A stretch of DNA of 64,000 nucleotides from Mantamonas sphyraenae STR306 (GCA_026936335.1 JAPMXV010000043.1:310001-374000); one strand, 5' to 3'; positions 1-14,058 are shown, counted from the first letter of the stretch. The notes: generated from the sequence alone by a model not told the origin. Program-made: numbers and translations.

Positions 1-3000
1 TAGTCCATCAGTTCCCGGTCTGCATCGGTACGTGCATGACACAGGGAGGGAGGGGGTGGCACATGGGGTGGTGAGTGAATGTGAGTCAAAAGTTGTTTGG
101 GGCCGTCCATCCTGCTGCCCAAGGCAAAACGTACACGAGTCCTGGTAGTTGATGGCCACCAGCGGGTTCTCCCCATCGTCCTGCGGCACAGGCGTCACAT
201 CCTTCCATTCCTCCTGCTCAGAAAGCGGCACGTCCTCGACGTCGGACATGCTGGTGATTTTTTTTGTGATGGATGTGGTGGAGCTGAAAGCACAGGACAA
301 CTTCTTTGGCCATCTGCGGTTGACAGTGGTTGAGGGGATGCCACGTTTGGATGGGAGGTCCACATGGAGCTGCTATGGTCAAAGCCCGACTCAACCCACA
401 CAAAACTCTCATTTTCTCGCACCCGGACGCGAGATGGGCAACGAGCAGTCACAGGTGCATCGCGAGGTGCTCTCCTCTCTGCAGTCCATCACATCCGCCA
501 ACTGGCGAGAAGTGTTGACGTCGTTTGTGGATCGAGTGCCAGCGGATGCGTCCATCGACTGCACCGACAAAAAGGTGCTCACAAAGCTATTTGCCCTGCT
601 CGAAACGCAAGTGGCCCTACGCATGGAGCAAGATGACATCCACGGACTCCCATCCATGCCCTCTGCTTCTGGACCGGCTTCCTCCAGCGGCGGCGCCGAC
701 CCGGAAAGCGTGTTTGATCCGAAAGGGGTCCAGCTCCTTCTGCAGTCGCTCTTCCGCCTCTTTTCCTCGCTGTCCATGTTCAAACTGGCAGCCACCGTGC
801 GTTGGGATCTCCTCAACGACCTCCTTACCTTTTGGGAACACCCCGAGTGAGTGAAATTGCCTGCGTGATTCCTCGGAGGGTTGTGCTTGGACGACGACAA
901 CATCGCTCGTTTTCTCACTGCCGTCTCTCATGCCTGACCTTGGCCTTCTCCCTACCCTTCCCACCCCCTTCCCGCACACAACAGCGTGGTGTGCGACACA
1001 CTGGACCTGATCCATCGGATGGTGCAGTGCAGTTTCGAGCCCAAGGCCAACGAAGAGAGCAAGTGCGACGCAGCCGAGGCGGCCAACAAGTTGGCGTTTG
1101 CCGGCGAGGACCGCCTCAACTCGCTGCTGGCCATGTTCCATGCACACAGCTATGGCAAGAACAGTGTGCTCCTGTGCAAGCTCATGCAACTGTTGGTGTC
1201 GCTTTTCTGCGAGCGGCAGCACACGACTGCGTTTGAGCAGGTGCAGAGCTTGCACAAGATGTTCCTCCCGTACGACACCGTCCTCTACGACCTCACTCGC
1301 CATGCCCACCCGCAGCTGCGCATCCTCTCCACTCGTTTCCTCGTCCAGCTGTTTCTGGAGAGCGATGAGGCCACGTACAGACAGTTGCAGGCGTCGTCTC
1401 TCGCCGCAGGTGTCCTCCTCTGGCACATGTTTTCTGCCTTTGAACCCAGGGCAGGCATGTGGTCGACGCAATCACAGGATAACGATGCTGGGAATGCAGG
1501 AGACGGCAGTGGTGACGTGGCTCAGGCAGAAGCACACAAGGACGACGCTGCGCACAGTGACAAGCACGAACAGACACAGACACAGGGAGAAGGTGTCGCT
1601 GAGGTGGGAGACACCAAGGTGAAGAAGGAACAGACAGAGGTGGTGGAGGTGGATGAGGATGAGGTTGAAGAGGAAGAGGAGGATGATGCCATGGCTTCGT
1701 TGGAACGATCGTCCACAGCGTGGGGATCGGCCCTCACGGTTGCCAACGAGGACAACCCAGAGACAAAGGCCACGGGCCAAGGTGAGAGCACGGCGGCAGG
1801 CGTGAGTGGCACCAATTCATCTGCGTCCAACACACCGAACGCAAGCAGCAGCGGCACGACCAACATTGGCTCCAACACACCGTCGAGCATTGCCACGCCG
1901 TCTCCGCTGCAGGCCACCCTCAGTGGGTCTGAATCGGAGCCAAGCACACCCGTGGGTGGGTTTGAGGGCTGGGAAGTGGTGGATCACCACTCGTTGGATG
2001 GGGAAACCACAGCGACGTCGTCGTCGCTGGCAGCGGGCATTAGCACCAAGCCCATGGCTCTGACTGAGATGCAATTGCTGAGCATCGACCTGATTGGTGT
2101 CATGTGCGACAGCAACGCAGAGGCGTTGGGAGCGCTGGGTCGCATGGTGCCGCACGCTCTGCTGAATCGGTATCCTCCGTCACCCGGACTGGATGCGCGT
2201 GCAGACACACACGAAACGTCGGGGTTGAGCAGTCTGTTTGGGAGTGGGGCCAGCAGCTCTACACACAAGCTGACCAAGGCAGAGGCAAAGACGGCGCTGT
2301 TGAAGGTGAAAAACATGACGATGGATCGTGTGAATTGGCACGCCCTCTTCCTGGACCTTTTGTCGTTGGAGGCCAATCTGCCGCTGTTGCAATGGAACGA
2401 CCGTTGTCGTGCGCAACTGCTGGACGCCCTCAACGCAGAGATTGTGGAGCTGGACGAGCGACGCCGTAGCACCACGCGTCCCATCGATTGGGAACATCGC
2501 GCCATGGTCGTGCACTACCCGGACATCGACAGCAAACTGTGTGTGGACGGCGTGTTTCTGGACGCCCTGTTCAATTTCCACACGCTGCTGGGCCACTGGA
2601 CCTTTGAGGAGGAGTTTGTGGAGCGCAGCAAAGCCGTCATGGACGAGCACCTGGGCCACCTCAGCCCTGCTGTGCTTCTGGAGGAACTCTACCACGCCAG
2701 CGTGGTGCAGGAGTCGTCTGTGTTGCAAATGCGTCTGCTGCAGAGCATGCGTATTGTCTTTGTGTGTGCCATGGACGCAGACGACGAGTCGCAGGTGACC
2801 GATGTTCTCGACGCCGTCCATGTGCCGTACATCCTCCATCTCCTGCGTCCCGGTCGCTTTGATGACACCGTATCCCACTCTCTGCTTCAATTCCTGGCGG
2901 AGCTGTGTCTGCACGAGGAAAAGATGCCGCAGGTGCTTGCACATCGTAGCGGCCTGCAGCACGTGTGTGCCCATCTGGACACCGTACACGCGCACAAGTG

Positions 3001-6000
3001 GCAAGACGGACACAATGCCCTGCAGATGGCCCTCACCTGCATGGAAATCCTGCACGCCGTGGCACAGGAGCCGCTGGGAAAGCGTGCGTTGTGTCGCTTG
3101 CCTTTGCTGCAATCCATCATCCAGGCGCTGTTGCACGAAGACGCACGCATCTTCAAGGCCACTGTCAAGGTGCTGCAAACCCTGCTGGCCAACAGTCCCC
3201 TGGTAGCCCATGCACTGGCCACCACGGGCTTCTTTGAGTTCATTCTGTATGCCCTGTGCAGTGCGGCAACGTCGGAAAAGGCCACGGCCGTACGTGCTGC
3301 GTCGCTGTTGCTCGATGTCCACCAGCTTGGAGGCGCGACGGCCGCCAGTTCCTACCTGTTGCAATACCTCCCGCGTCCGCTGGTGGTGGTGCTGGAGGCA
3401 CAGGGACCCAAGTTGTTTGTGGAGTATCTGCGCAGCGAGGATCTGAAGGCACCCACCATCATTTGGAATGTGGACATGCGAAAACAGCTCAAGACGGCTC
3501 TGAGCGGCATCATTCGTCCATTCAAGGCCACGTTGAGGGAGACGCCGCAGGAACGCTTCGTGTTGGATGTGAGCAACACACCTGCGCTGCACTACGCCAA
3601 TCTGGAGGACGAGCTGTTTGTGGGAGGAATCTACATCAGCTACTTCATCAACAGCGAGAGCAATGACATTTTTGTGGCCGATCCGGAGCTGTTGATTGAG
3701 GAGATCAGCGAGTATCTGACGGCAGTCCAGCCGTCGGCCAAGCTGCTCAAGGCCTTTGCCCTGGCCATGAGCTACTTCTCTGAACTGCCCGCACTGGCCA
3801 CATACAAACACTGGGGTAAGCTGGTGCGCATCTGGAAGGTGTTGAGTGCAGAGCTGTCGGAGCTGGATCAGGATGAAGACGACGACGATGCCACGGCTGT
3901 TCAGGAGCGCAAGCGTGTGCTCGTGAACGAACTCGACGCACTGCTCATGGGCTTTGTGGTCTTGTTTCATGTCGGCGTGGCCAACAAACAGGGCCTCAAT
4001 GTGCATCTGGCACAACGAGGCTCCATGGCCCAATCGGCAGGGAGTGAATCCCCGTCGACCACGCAGGCATCCAGCAGCAGCAGCAGCAGCAGCAGCAGCT
4101 CGTCATCGCCGGCGGTCACCGATTTTGGTGCAATGGATTGCACGCAGAACCAGCAGGCGTTTGTGGAACACGGGGGATTGGAGGCCGTGATGGCCGCGTT
4201 GCCCGAAATCGCGCGTGTGCGTGACGGGGTACGTTTCGATGCACTGAGCAAGGTGATGAGCATGGTGGGTTGCCTGTGTGCACACCAGCCCGAGGCAGCA
4301 GCACGCATTGTGGCCCACCATCCAGAGTTTCTGTCCGCTTGGTGCTTCAAGAGTCTGTCGCTGGGCGTCATCCGCGCAAACACCCGTCTGGGCCTGCAAA
4401 CCATTTGGTGTGTGTCCAACATGTTGCAAGCCCTGGCTGTGCTCCCGGATGCCTACACACCAGCAGCAGCAGCAGCAGCGGCTGGAGGAGGAGGATCGAC
4501 CACGACCAACACGTCCAACACGACCAACACGACCACGGCATCCTCGACCGCGGGCGGCTCCTCCTCATGGCTGGAGCGTGCGGCTGAAATGGTGGTGCGA
4601 TCGGGAGGGTTCATCAAGGTGCTGTTTGTGGCCGTGTTCTACGTGCCGCATGCGGCGTCGGCTGCGACGGCGTTGGAAGAGCTGACCATCATCGAGCACG
4701 CGGTGGTGTCGCTGCGTCTGATGGCAGGAGTCATGCCAGAGCACGATCTGGACAAGTTGCGCATGGGAGGCACTGCAGGACGACGGCTGGAAGGGCAGGG
4801 ATTGGAGTCACCCTCGGGACGGGAACGCACAACATCGCAATTCATGCATGCCGGAGAGGCGGCCCTACAGGCACGTGGTGTGTTTCAGGTGGTGCGTGCG
4901 TTGATTGGAGGATGGTTCCCACACGCGCTGTGCCAATCGTTCTTGGACGACACAGCCATGTCGTTTATGCAACTGGTGCGAGGGACCATGGGCACGCCGT
5001 TGCTCATCTGGAACGACGTGACACGCAAGGAGCTGCGTACCTTTCTCGAGGCACAAATGGCCACGCTGTTGACGCAGGCGCAGCGCGACGCGGTGCAGGC
5101 GCAAGGGGAACCCCTCATGCCCGGCCTGGACGTGATGGAACACTGGCCCGGATGGGAGGCCCCACAGGACGTCACCTTTGTCTACGCCAGTCTCCAGGAC
5201 GAGTTGGAGGTGGAGCACGTGTACGTGTCTGTGTTCAACTCCCAACCCGGGTTTCCCCTGCCCGATCCTGCCGCTCTTCTGCGTGGATGTGTGCGACGCG
5301 TGGCCAACGCGTACGCAACCCAAAGCAAGCCATCCTCATCCTCGTCCTCCTCCACTCCATCCTCGGCCGTTGTCGTGTCCGAGTGCGTGCGTTGCATGGG
5401 CAATGTGCTCACGCACCAGGCGCTGGAACGCAGCGTTCTGGCGCTCGCCTTTGTCCAGGCCGCCAAAGCGCTGAAGGAGGATGTGCAACCGCATCTGGTG
5501 CTGGACAGCAGTCGAAACGACAGTGGAAGCGCAGAAACCCTGCAGTTGCATATGCTGGTCATCTGCGAACGACTCGTCACGGCAGGCAAGGAGGCAAGCG
5601 TGGCGGCCATTCGCATGATGCAAGGGTCGCCCTGGATGCGTCAGTTGCACCGGATGCTCGTGGAAGGTTCGCATGTGGTGAAAACCATGGAGTTGCTGGG
5701 TCTGATGTGCAGCAAGGTGTCGGATGTGGTGCGGCAGGTGCGCGACGAGGGGCTCCTGATCACACTGTTGCGGTTGACAGTGAGCACGTCGTGTGTGGAT
5801 GCCGTGCGTGTGGCGGGCGCACGTGTGTTGGCCATCATGAGCAGTGATCAGGAACACGGGGAATCCGTGACGCAGCTGCTGACGCTGTTGCTGACGTCGC
5901 AGAAGTTCCAGCGGGCGCTGCGAACTGCGTACGAGGAGCCGACGGTGTTGGTGGACATGCTGGACAACCAGTATCGCTATCCGGACTTTGTGTGGAATGA

Positions 6001-7447
6001 GGGCACGCGAAGCGATTTGGAAGAGGCGCTGGTGGCCGAGGAGGCTGCGGTGATGGATGAGACAGCAGCGAACGCGAAGAAGAAGAAGAATGCGTCGCCC
6101 ACGTGGCGACACAGCACACTGGAGGAGAGGTACACGTCACCGAGCCTGGCACAGATGGAGCGTGTGTACGGCGTGTACGTGGAGGTGTTTGTGGAACAGC
6201 CATACTACCAGTTTGCAGATCCCCTGGTCGATGACCGCCGCGGTCGACAGCAACACGTGTACAATGAGGGCGACTTTGTGGTGGCCCTAATGGGTGCGGC
6301 TCAGGTGGCACGCAAGGAGTACGACGATGCGTTGGAAGCCATGGTGGCGGCGCCCGAGACAGATGCGCAGCGTGCGGTGCACGCGCAGGTGGATGCACAG
6401 GACGTGCGCTTGCAGATGCTGTGGCGTGCATTGGAACTGGTGCGCAGTAACGCACGTATGGCAGACATGGTGGCCAAGCACACAGGGGCAGTGACCTCCC
6501 AGGTGGAATCCTTTGTGGCACAACAGGGAGGGTCTGCACAGGGGGTCATGAGCGATGCCGTGCGTGCCAGTGTCCTGCGTGTGTTGGCTGGCTGCTGTGG
6601 GGACAAGCGCGTGGCACGAGCCCTGTTGCATGACGCCATGCATGTGCGACGTCTGCTCTGCGCCCTCGTGCTGGCCTTCCACGCCGATTCCGATGACCTG
6701 TGTGCTCAGATGCAGAGTGACGTGCTCACCATCCTCGCCACTGCGTTGTCCATCGATGGGGTCGATGCCCAATGGCACGTCCTTCGTCGTAGCACGGCCA
6801 TCCTGTCCCTCGTGCGCCTCGTGGTCTCGCAAGGAGGCGCAGGGAAATCCACCCTCAGCTTTGCACGCGATGGCACTGAAGACGGAGACGAGGGCGTGAC
6901 ACGCGAAGAACGTGTGCGCACCGAGGTACGTGTGAGTGCAGCGGATCTGCTCATCGCCGTCTCCACACGAGGCAAAAAGACAGCCGCCGATGCCCTTCGC
7001 TACGTCGCCGCCCTCTTTGGCCCCTGGGCCTCTGATGTCCAGGTTCTCCTCAGGGGCGGCAAACCAGAAACCCTTCTGGCCTATGTCGACGGACGCAAGG
7101 CCAAAGGTGCCGCTGGTTCCTCCTCAGACTCGCCCGGCAGCAGCAGCAGCAGCAGCAGTGGAAGTGGAAGTGGAAGTGGCGCCGGATCTGGCGCAGGCAG
7201 CAGCGGCGGAAGCAGCAGCGGCGTTGGAAGTGGTTCGGATGACGACGATGGGGTCACGGGCGGGGTGGCGGGCGTCGCCAATTCGGATCGCTCTCGCTTT
7301 GTGCCGATGCGGAAGTTTCTCGTCGAGGAGTGCCACGAATTGGCAAAGTATGTGCTTCTGGACTCTGAGGCTGCTTCAGAGTCGGAGGAGGCCTGGGATC
7401 CCAGCAGGATGCAACGCATGTGGCAAGAGCAGCAAGAGGAGGGGTGA
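1..7447 (+). CDS. RME-8/DNAJC13-like large alpha-solenoid protein (5' partial, spliced)
   Basis: Long exon 986-7447 follows intron ~847-985 (GTGAGT...ACAG). Four IWN-type repeats (LQWNDRCRAQL, IIWNVDMRKQL, LIWNDVTRKEL, FVWNEGTRSDL) are each followed by a Y..L..EL.V.G/H.Y-like motif, as in RME-8. No HPD J-domain motif seen. Confidence 0.65.
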
Positions 7448-7924
7448 CCCGAGACAAACACGAGAGCAAAAGACAGGGCTAGCTTGATTGAATGAAGATA
7501 TGTATTCATTTGCCCTTTGGGAAATGGTGTGGAAGGCGGCGTGCATGCAGTGGAGTCGAATTGCATGCAAAGGCTTCCGTTCCGGGCGGCGAAGCAGCAG
7601 CCAGAATCCACATGCGGAAAGTGTGCGCAAGGGCCAGGCAAACTGGCGTCCACACATGCACACAGAGGGAACACATGCACATACACAGTAGAAAACACAT
7701 ACCGAGGCACACGTGGCCCCATCCATAGGTGTGGTGATGCACACCACGGCGTCCGTCACGCTGTGCGGGGGTTGGAAAGACACGGGCGCGGATTCCGGGC
7801 TCTCAGTCCGCGTGCGGAAGAGAAACGCGAACGCGCTCCTCAGCCACGCACAGACGTCACACGCACACAACAAACACATGGATGCACAGACACACTAGCT
7901 ACACAGTGCGCTAGGCATGCAAAA

Positions 7925-8163
7925 CATGGAACGAGGTCAGCTATCTCTGGGTTTGTCAGGCTTGGGGCCTGAACAGACACGGCGCCGCTGCGGTGCGTTA
8001 CAACCCCGAAGGGGAACAGCGGTGCAGCCGCAACTCCGAGTCTGTTCGTGATGGCTGCCTGATTGGGTTGTGGTAACATCCTCCCTCGTATCGTAAAATT
8101 AATTATGTTGCGGTTTTCTGAGAAGAAAACGATTGGCAGCCGGAGCGCATCGGGCGCTCCATG
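7925..8163. ncRNA. Candidate structured non-coding RNA / structured leader (unidentified)
   Basis: Dense set of inverted repeats: 7971-7978/8040-8047, 8053-8059/8135-8141, 8113-8119/8124-8130 with GAGA loop, 8142-8148/8154-8160, and terminal 7925-7933/8155-8163. Confidence 0.3.
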
Positions 8164-8288
8164 ATCCACTGTATTCCGGCACAGAAACCGTGTTCACCCG
8201 AGTCACCTCCTCACCAGTGCGCACAACGGTCACCACCTCTGCTCCCGCCTACTCCAACCTCTACCACTATCTCAAGCTGGGCAATTCA

Positions 8289-9057
8289 ATGAGTCTTGAC
8301 ACCACGGAGTACTCCGGGGAAACCAAGTCGGGTCGCACTTGGACCAAGAAGCTGACCAAGACACAGGCCAACGTGTGTCTGCAGGCTGGCACCGAACGGG
8401 CCTTTTCTGGCGAGTACTGGGACAATCACGACGCTGGCACCTTTGCCTGCCGCTGCTGTGACCAGCCTCTGTTTGATGCCAGCACCAAGTTTGACTCGGG
8501 CACGGGTTGGCCTTCCTTCTACGCGGAGGCCGTCGAGGGCAACGTCAACCAGAAGAAGGACGGAAGCCACGGCATGATTCGTGACGAGGTGCTCTGCAAC
8601 GACTGCGGTTGTCACCTCGGCCACGTCTTTGGGGTAAGGTGTTCCCCTTACTTTGTCCTCCACACTCCATACAGTAGCATGCAGCAAACCCGCCCGACAC
8701 TCCATACAGTAGCATGCACCAAAACCGCCCGACACCTTATGGTGTGCCCTCACGCCCTCGTGCAAAGCCATTTCGCGTCGGCGGAAACCGTTTTCCGGCA
8801 GGGCAGCACAAATTCCCCTCCAAACTCGCCGTCGCTCTTTTGCGTGTCCCGCTCACACCGGCCAGCGCAAACGGCAATCGTCGTTGAAAACACAGGACGG
8901 ACCCAAACCCACTGGACTGCGATATTGCATCAACAGCGCCTCCATCAAGCTGTGGAAGGACAAGACCCCGGAGGAAGTGGTCGCCGCCATCAACGACGAC
9001 GAGCAACAAGACGCCGAGGACAGCAAGAAGGAAGAGGCCAGCAACAGCAGCGAATGA
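8289..9057 (+). CDS. msrB: Peptide methionine-R-sulfoxide reductase B (Cys form, Zn-binding)
   Basis: [38 protein letters not shown] in exon 1 (8289-8633); intron 8634-8895; exon 2 (8896-9057) [16 protein letters not shown]. Confidence 0.95.
8662..8735. repeat. ~35-bp tandem duplication within MsrB intron
   Basis: acactccatacagtagcatgcagcaaacccgcccg followed by near-identical acactccatacagtagcatgcaccaaaaccgcccg. Confidence 0.8.
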
Positions 9058-9101
9058 ATGACGGCCAAACTTTGAAGAACCTAATCTCCATTCATTCCAG
9101 G

Positions 9102-11665
9102 TCATTCCAGGTTGAACAGGGTCTCTGCAAACTGCAGGTACACGTACTGAGGATAGGCCCTCCTGAACACCACGTACACAGCCCCTTCCCCATCCTTTTC
9201 CGACCACATTTCCATCGTATCTTCCTCTTCCAGACTCTCCTCCTCCTGTGTTCCTGTGCCCTCACGGTTGCCATCCACCTCTGTCGTCGTTCCACCATGT
9301 TTGCTTCCTCCTTCATCCTGTTCCGTCTCTGACGTCGTCGGCTCCGCCCCGTTGCCATGTTCCTCATCCTTTGTGTCCTCCGTTGCGTCGGGTTGCCCAC
9401 GGTGCATCTGGTCACCTCCTTGCTCCTGCCGCGCCTCGCCATTCTCTGTGTCCGCCACCAGCAGCCCCACCACCACCTCCTCCTCATTCTCATCACCATC
9501 ATCGTTGTGTTGTTGTTGTTGTTGCCAACCTGATCACCCACCTCCTCCACAGGGATGCGCTCACCATCCAGCACCACTTCCTTCACCAGCTCGGCAAACA
9601 CACCCATCGAATCCGAGTCCGATCGTGTGTATCGCTGCTCGGCAAACTCGTCTGCCAGCTGTGCCTTTCGTCGTGCACTCTCCTCTTCCGCCGCCTCTTT
9701 CTTCTCATTCTCCTCACGAGCCAGAGCCAACCTTGCTCGGAATGCCTCTTCCAACTCCTCTCGCTGTTCCAGCAACGCACCAAAGTCGCTGCTAAACTCC
9801 CCGTTGCTCTTCTTCTGCGCCAGAGACAAGCCCACACACTCCAGAATCGGTAGGATCATCTCCAGGGTAAACAACAGATCCCGTCGATGGTTGCGGCTCA
9901 GTCGGAACGGCTGGTAGTGGCGCACCCTGCGGTTGCCCAGTCGAATGAACAGGTCTGTGAGCCACGTCACAGGCGTGAGCGATTCTGCAAACGCATACAT
10001 CTGTCCCGCCATGATGCGACGTCCCACATTGGTCGACGACGACGATGAGGAGGCGGATGAGGAGGCGGATGAAGAGGAGGATGACGACGACGACGACGAG
10101 ATACCGTTCTCCTCCGCTCCGACACCGATGCGCGGCAGATTCAGCCCCAACGTGCCTGCACGCAGCTGTGCCTTCATCCGTGCAAGCTCCAATTCGTTGT
10201 CTTGTGTGTCTCCACTTGCCATTGAGTCCTGCATCCCAAGCTCCATCATCTGCGTGGCCAGCGTCAACAGGTTTGCGTTCAGGCTTGAGTAGGCATCGTC
10301 CTCCTCGTGTTCCTCCTCCTCCTCCTCCTCCCCACTGCCTCCATCCTTGTCTCCCTCTCGCCTGTCTGTGGAAGACCCTTGGGCCTCGTTGGTCTTGTTG
10401 CCTGTGCTACCGCCATTGTTATTGTGGCTGTCGTCACTGCCCCCCTGCAGCGTCTTTGCCAGCAGCAACGGCAGCGTCTCTGCGCTGCTGTCGTGTGCCT
10501 CGGCGTCGCCGCCCAACGCTGCGGCGTTGTGTCGCATGATGGCAGCTTTGCGCTGGTGGCTGGCCTCGTTGAACTTGGCAAACTGCTCCAGGCAGGTGTC
10601 TCGCAGCCGTTCGCACAGGATGTACACGGGCACCAGTGTGCCGTCGTGTTCACGCACCTTCCAGTCCAGCGTCTCAATGTACATGATGCCGGCCTCCAGC
10701 GTGGCCAGGCGGTACTCTGCACTCGATGTGTAGCCCAGCCGCTCATCCATAAAGTGCTTCATGAACTGGTACTCCGAATACAGGTCCGGGATGCGTGATT
10801 TGATCATTGTGTAGATGTACAGGGCCAGCATGCTGTCTGTGCCCAGCTCGTAGTCCTCCGGCACCACATCCATGTGGGACACGTACTCTTCGATCGCCTC
10901 AAACACACCCATCAATACCTCCAGCTTGTTTACGGGGGTCTGGTGGCACGGCAGGATACGCAGCAGGTTGATGGCACGTGCAAACGGCACGCTTTCGTCC
11001 ACCAGGCCGTACACCACGGGCTGATCGCCACGCGAAAACATCAGCCGCGAACTCTCCTTGCCCTGGCCATTGTTCTTCTTTGACGAATCCATATACTCGG
11101 GTTTGGGCGGTGTAAACGAGTGCGACTTGACACGCAGGCTGATGTCGCTCTCGCCCGAGGGAAAGTCCACAGCCGCCATTTCGTCGTCGTCATCCGCCTG
11201 CGCACGTTGTGCCATCGCACTGCCGCTCACCAGCGATGACGACGCTGCAAAAAAAGCTGTTTCCCCTGCATTGGCGCTGCCGCTGCTGCTGCTGCCGCTG
11301 CTACTGTCGCCAACCTCCAATTCAAAGTGGTTTGAGGTGATGCTCGGCAGCGACGACGCTGTGATCGGCACCTGCTTGCTTGTCAGCACGTCCGGCAGAG
11401 CTCCCAATTCAAACAGGGTCACTTCGCTCAACGATCGCATCTTGGCCGTCAGTTTGGTGTTGCGTGCGGTGTCCGCCTGCCGTCGCAATCGGAACAGCAC
11501 GGTGTACACCTTTTCAAACAGGCAGTTCTCCACTGCCGCATTGATTTCCTCATGCTTGCTCAGCTTCTTGAACTTGGGGTACTTGTCCACCAAAATCTGG
11601 CTCAATTGTTCTGCATGGAGTGGAGTGATGGGGTGATGGTGTGAGTGAGTGGCGAGTGTGTGTGT

Positions 11666-11724
<59 letters not shown>

Positions 11725-13231
11725 AAACACGCGAACACGTCAATCCCTCATCCCCCCGCTCTCTCCAATTCCATGATACTCACTCTTGAATGACACCAAA
11801 TCCTCGATGGCGTTTGTGAGCCGACTCAGCACTGCGCTGGGACTCTCTGTTGCGGGCGCATTGAGCGGCTTCTGGCCGTACACGGCGTCGAAAAAGTTTG
11901 CAAAGCGATGGATGATTGCGCCGAGTTTGTGTTCCTTGGAGCGCAGTCTCTTCTCCAGATAGAACTGAAAGTTGGCAGAGAGGTCGGGTTGGGTGGAGGG
12001 AGTGTACCCATCCCGCACCTCCTGGAAGAAACCCTGCCATTTGGTCATCTGGAACTGTTTGTGCAGCTGTGCGTTGGGAGTGCCACCCCCGCGGTGGTGT
12101 TCCAACTTGGACCGCAGTGCTTCGATGGTAAACAGGGGACAGTCCTTGAGCTGACCCTTGCGGAATTCGGCCTCGTGGATGTCATTGCCCAACCACGTGC
12201 CATCGATTGTGTCCCCTGTGGCCAGACGCATGACCCCATGACCCTGTCGCTTGTCCTCCACCCATTCCCCATAGTAGATCGAGCCATCGGCGTACATGAA
12301 ACATCCAACGCCGTCGCGCAGGTCCTCCCGGAACGCCCCGTAGTACCGTTCGCCGTTGGCATACATCAGGATGCCAAACCCTGTGCGCACGTTGTACTCC
12401 CAGTCTCCAATGTAGATGTTGCCTGAGAAGTAGTGCATCTCTCCGTGGCCGTGTGCCATGATGTTGTGTCGCTTCGTCGGCGGCTTGCGGAACAGCGCAA
12501 GCGCAGACGTTGGCGCCTCCTGGAAGGTGATCCCACCCACATAGTCGCCAAAGTTGGGGAATTGCAGCAGTCCTGTGTGTTTGTGGCGTGGTGTTCCCCC
12601 CACCCATGCACAATCACCGTTGTTTCCGTGCACGCGTGCCTTTGGGTCAGCGAGGCATTCTCTCGCTCTCTCCTCGCTTGCTCCCCCCGCTTTGTCTCTC
12701 GGCGTGTTCTTCGTCCCCTACCTTTGTCAATGGGCACGTCGTCGTCGTAACAGCCCGTAAAGCACCATTCACCATTGCCCTGACCCGACTTGACCACACA
12801 GTCGCCCTCTCTGCTCAGCACGAGCGTGGCGGAGTGTTTGCGTCAGCCCCTCTTCCTCCCAGCTCCCCCCACCACTCCCTAACCCCCCCTCAAAATCATC
12901 AACAACCCACCGCTTGTCTCGCACCCAATACCCCTCGTGCACGCTGCCGTCGCTAAACACAAGGGTGCCGTTTCCGTGTCTCTGCATGTGTGTGTGTGTG
13001 TGTGTGTGTGCGTTGTGCGGTGTGTGTGAGCCACGGCGCCTTTCCGCACTCCCGAGGGCAACACACGCGCACACAACCAAAACATACAAGTTCCTTGCCA
13101 TTGTTGGCTGGCACCAGATACTCTCCTTGGTAGTACGAGTTGTCTGCATAGTCCAGCCGCCCAGAGAACACAATGTCCCCCACTTCCAACTTCTTGTCCG
13201 ACATGGACAACGCTCTGAGCAAACGTGACAT
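9102..13231 (-). CDS. MORN-repeat + VPS9-domain protein (alsin/ALS2-like Rab5 GEF), multi-exon
   Basis: MORN repeats (YIGDWEYNVRTGFG, YYGEWVEDKRQGHG) at 11.8-13.2 kb; VPS9 motifs (TPVNKLEVL, GTDSMLALYIY, EYRLATLEAGIMYI) at 10.6-11.0 kb. Probable indel near the (CAA)n tract at ~9510 shifts the C-terminus into the 9102-9476 ORF. Start approximate. Confidence 0.75.
11657..11723. repeat. Intronic (GT)n/(CA)n microsatellite
   Basis: ~33 GT units; similar tracts at ~14005-14055, ~55545-55575, ~56256-56291 and ~57027-57051, all intronic. Confidence 0.9.
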
Positions 13232-13455
13232 CTCTTGCTTCCCCAAACGCACACACAGCATGCACCCAACCACACCCAACCTGGAGCACAGGTGGTCCTC
13301 TCCACTCGGAATCTGCCCCCACCCCCCACCTCCTCCCCTTTGACACCCTCCTGTGTGTGTGTCTGTGTTGCGCCTTGCCAACCATCCCAATGCGAGCTCG
13401 GTTGGCCCCTTGCACTGCAGACAGTCTCTCTCTGTCTCTGTCCCTGCACGGGAGC

Positions 13456-14003
13456 ATGGCACGCACTGGCATTGCCACACGTGTGGCTGTCCACGGTGTC
13501 CTTGCCTCCCGCCCTGCCTCTGGCCTCGGTCGAAACGCCGTCGGCGTCTCACGCGGCCTGATCACATCCTCCGTCTCCTCCCGCTGCTCCACACGCATGT
13601 CCACTCGTCTCCATACGCTCTCTCCCTCCTCCTCCATGGCCATGATTTCTCGTGGCATGGCCTCTGTCTCTCGCACCTCGCCCCTGGTTGTGTTCAGCCC
13701 TCCTTCTGCTTCCGTCGCAGCCGGGGTCTCGAAGAATCCCCGCGTCCTCCTCCGTTCCTGGGCTGGTGCCTATCATGGCCCTGTGGTCCCTCGTCCTCCC
13801 ATTGTCACCATGCCAGCCACACTCATGACCAGTGCCCATGCACTGCGACAGACGGCCATCGAGGTGGCCCCGAGTGCCTTTGCCTCGACAACTCAGCAGC
13901 GCATCGTCGCCGCTTGGGTTGCCGGTGGCTGTGCACTTGTCTTTGGCATGGTCGTCCTTGGCGGCGTCACACGTCTCACAGAGTCGGGCTTGTCCATGGT
14001 ATG

Positions 14004-14058
<55 letters not shown>

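Noticed and set aside
7990-8045. Cobalamin riboswitch or telomerase-template resemblance (GGGAA, CGGTGCA, CCGCAACT; CAACCCC)
   Set aside because: The motif fragments lack the required paired partners and spacing, and there is no 1.5x telomere-repeat template.
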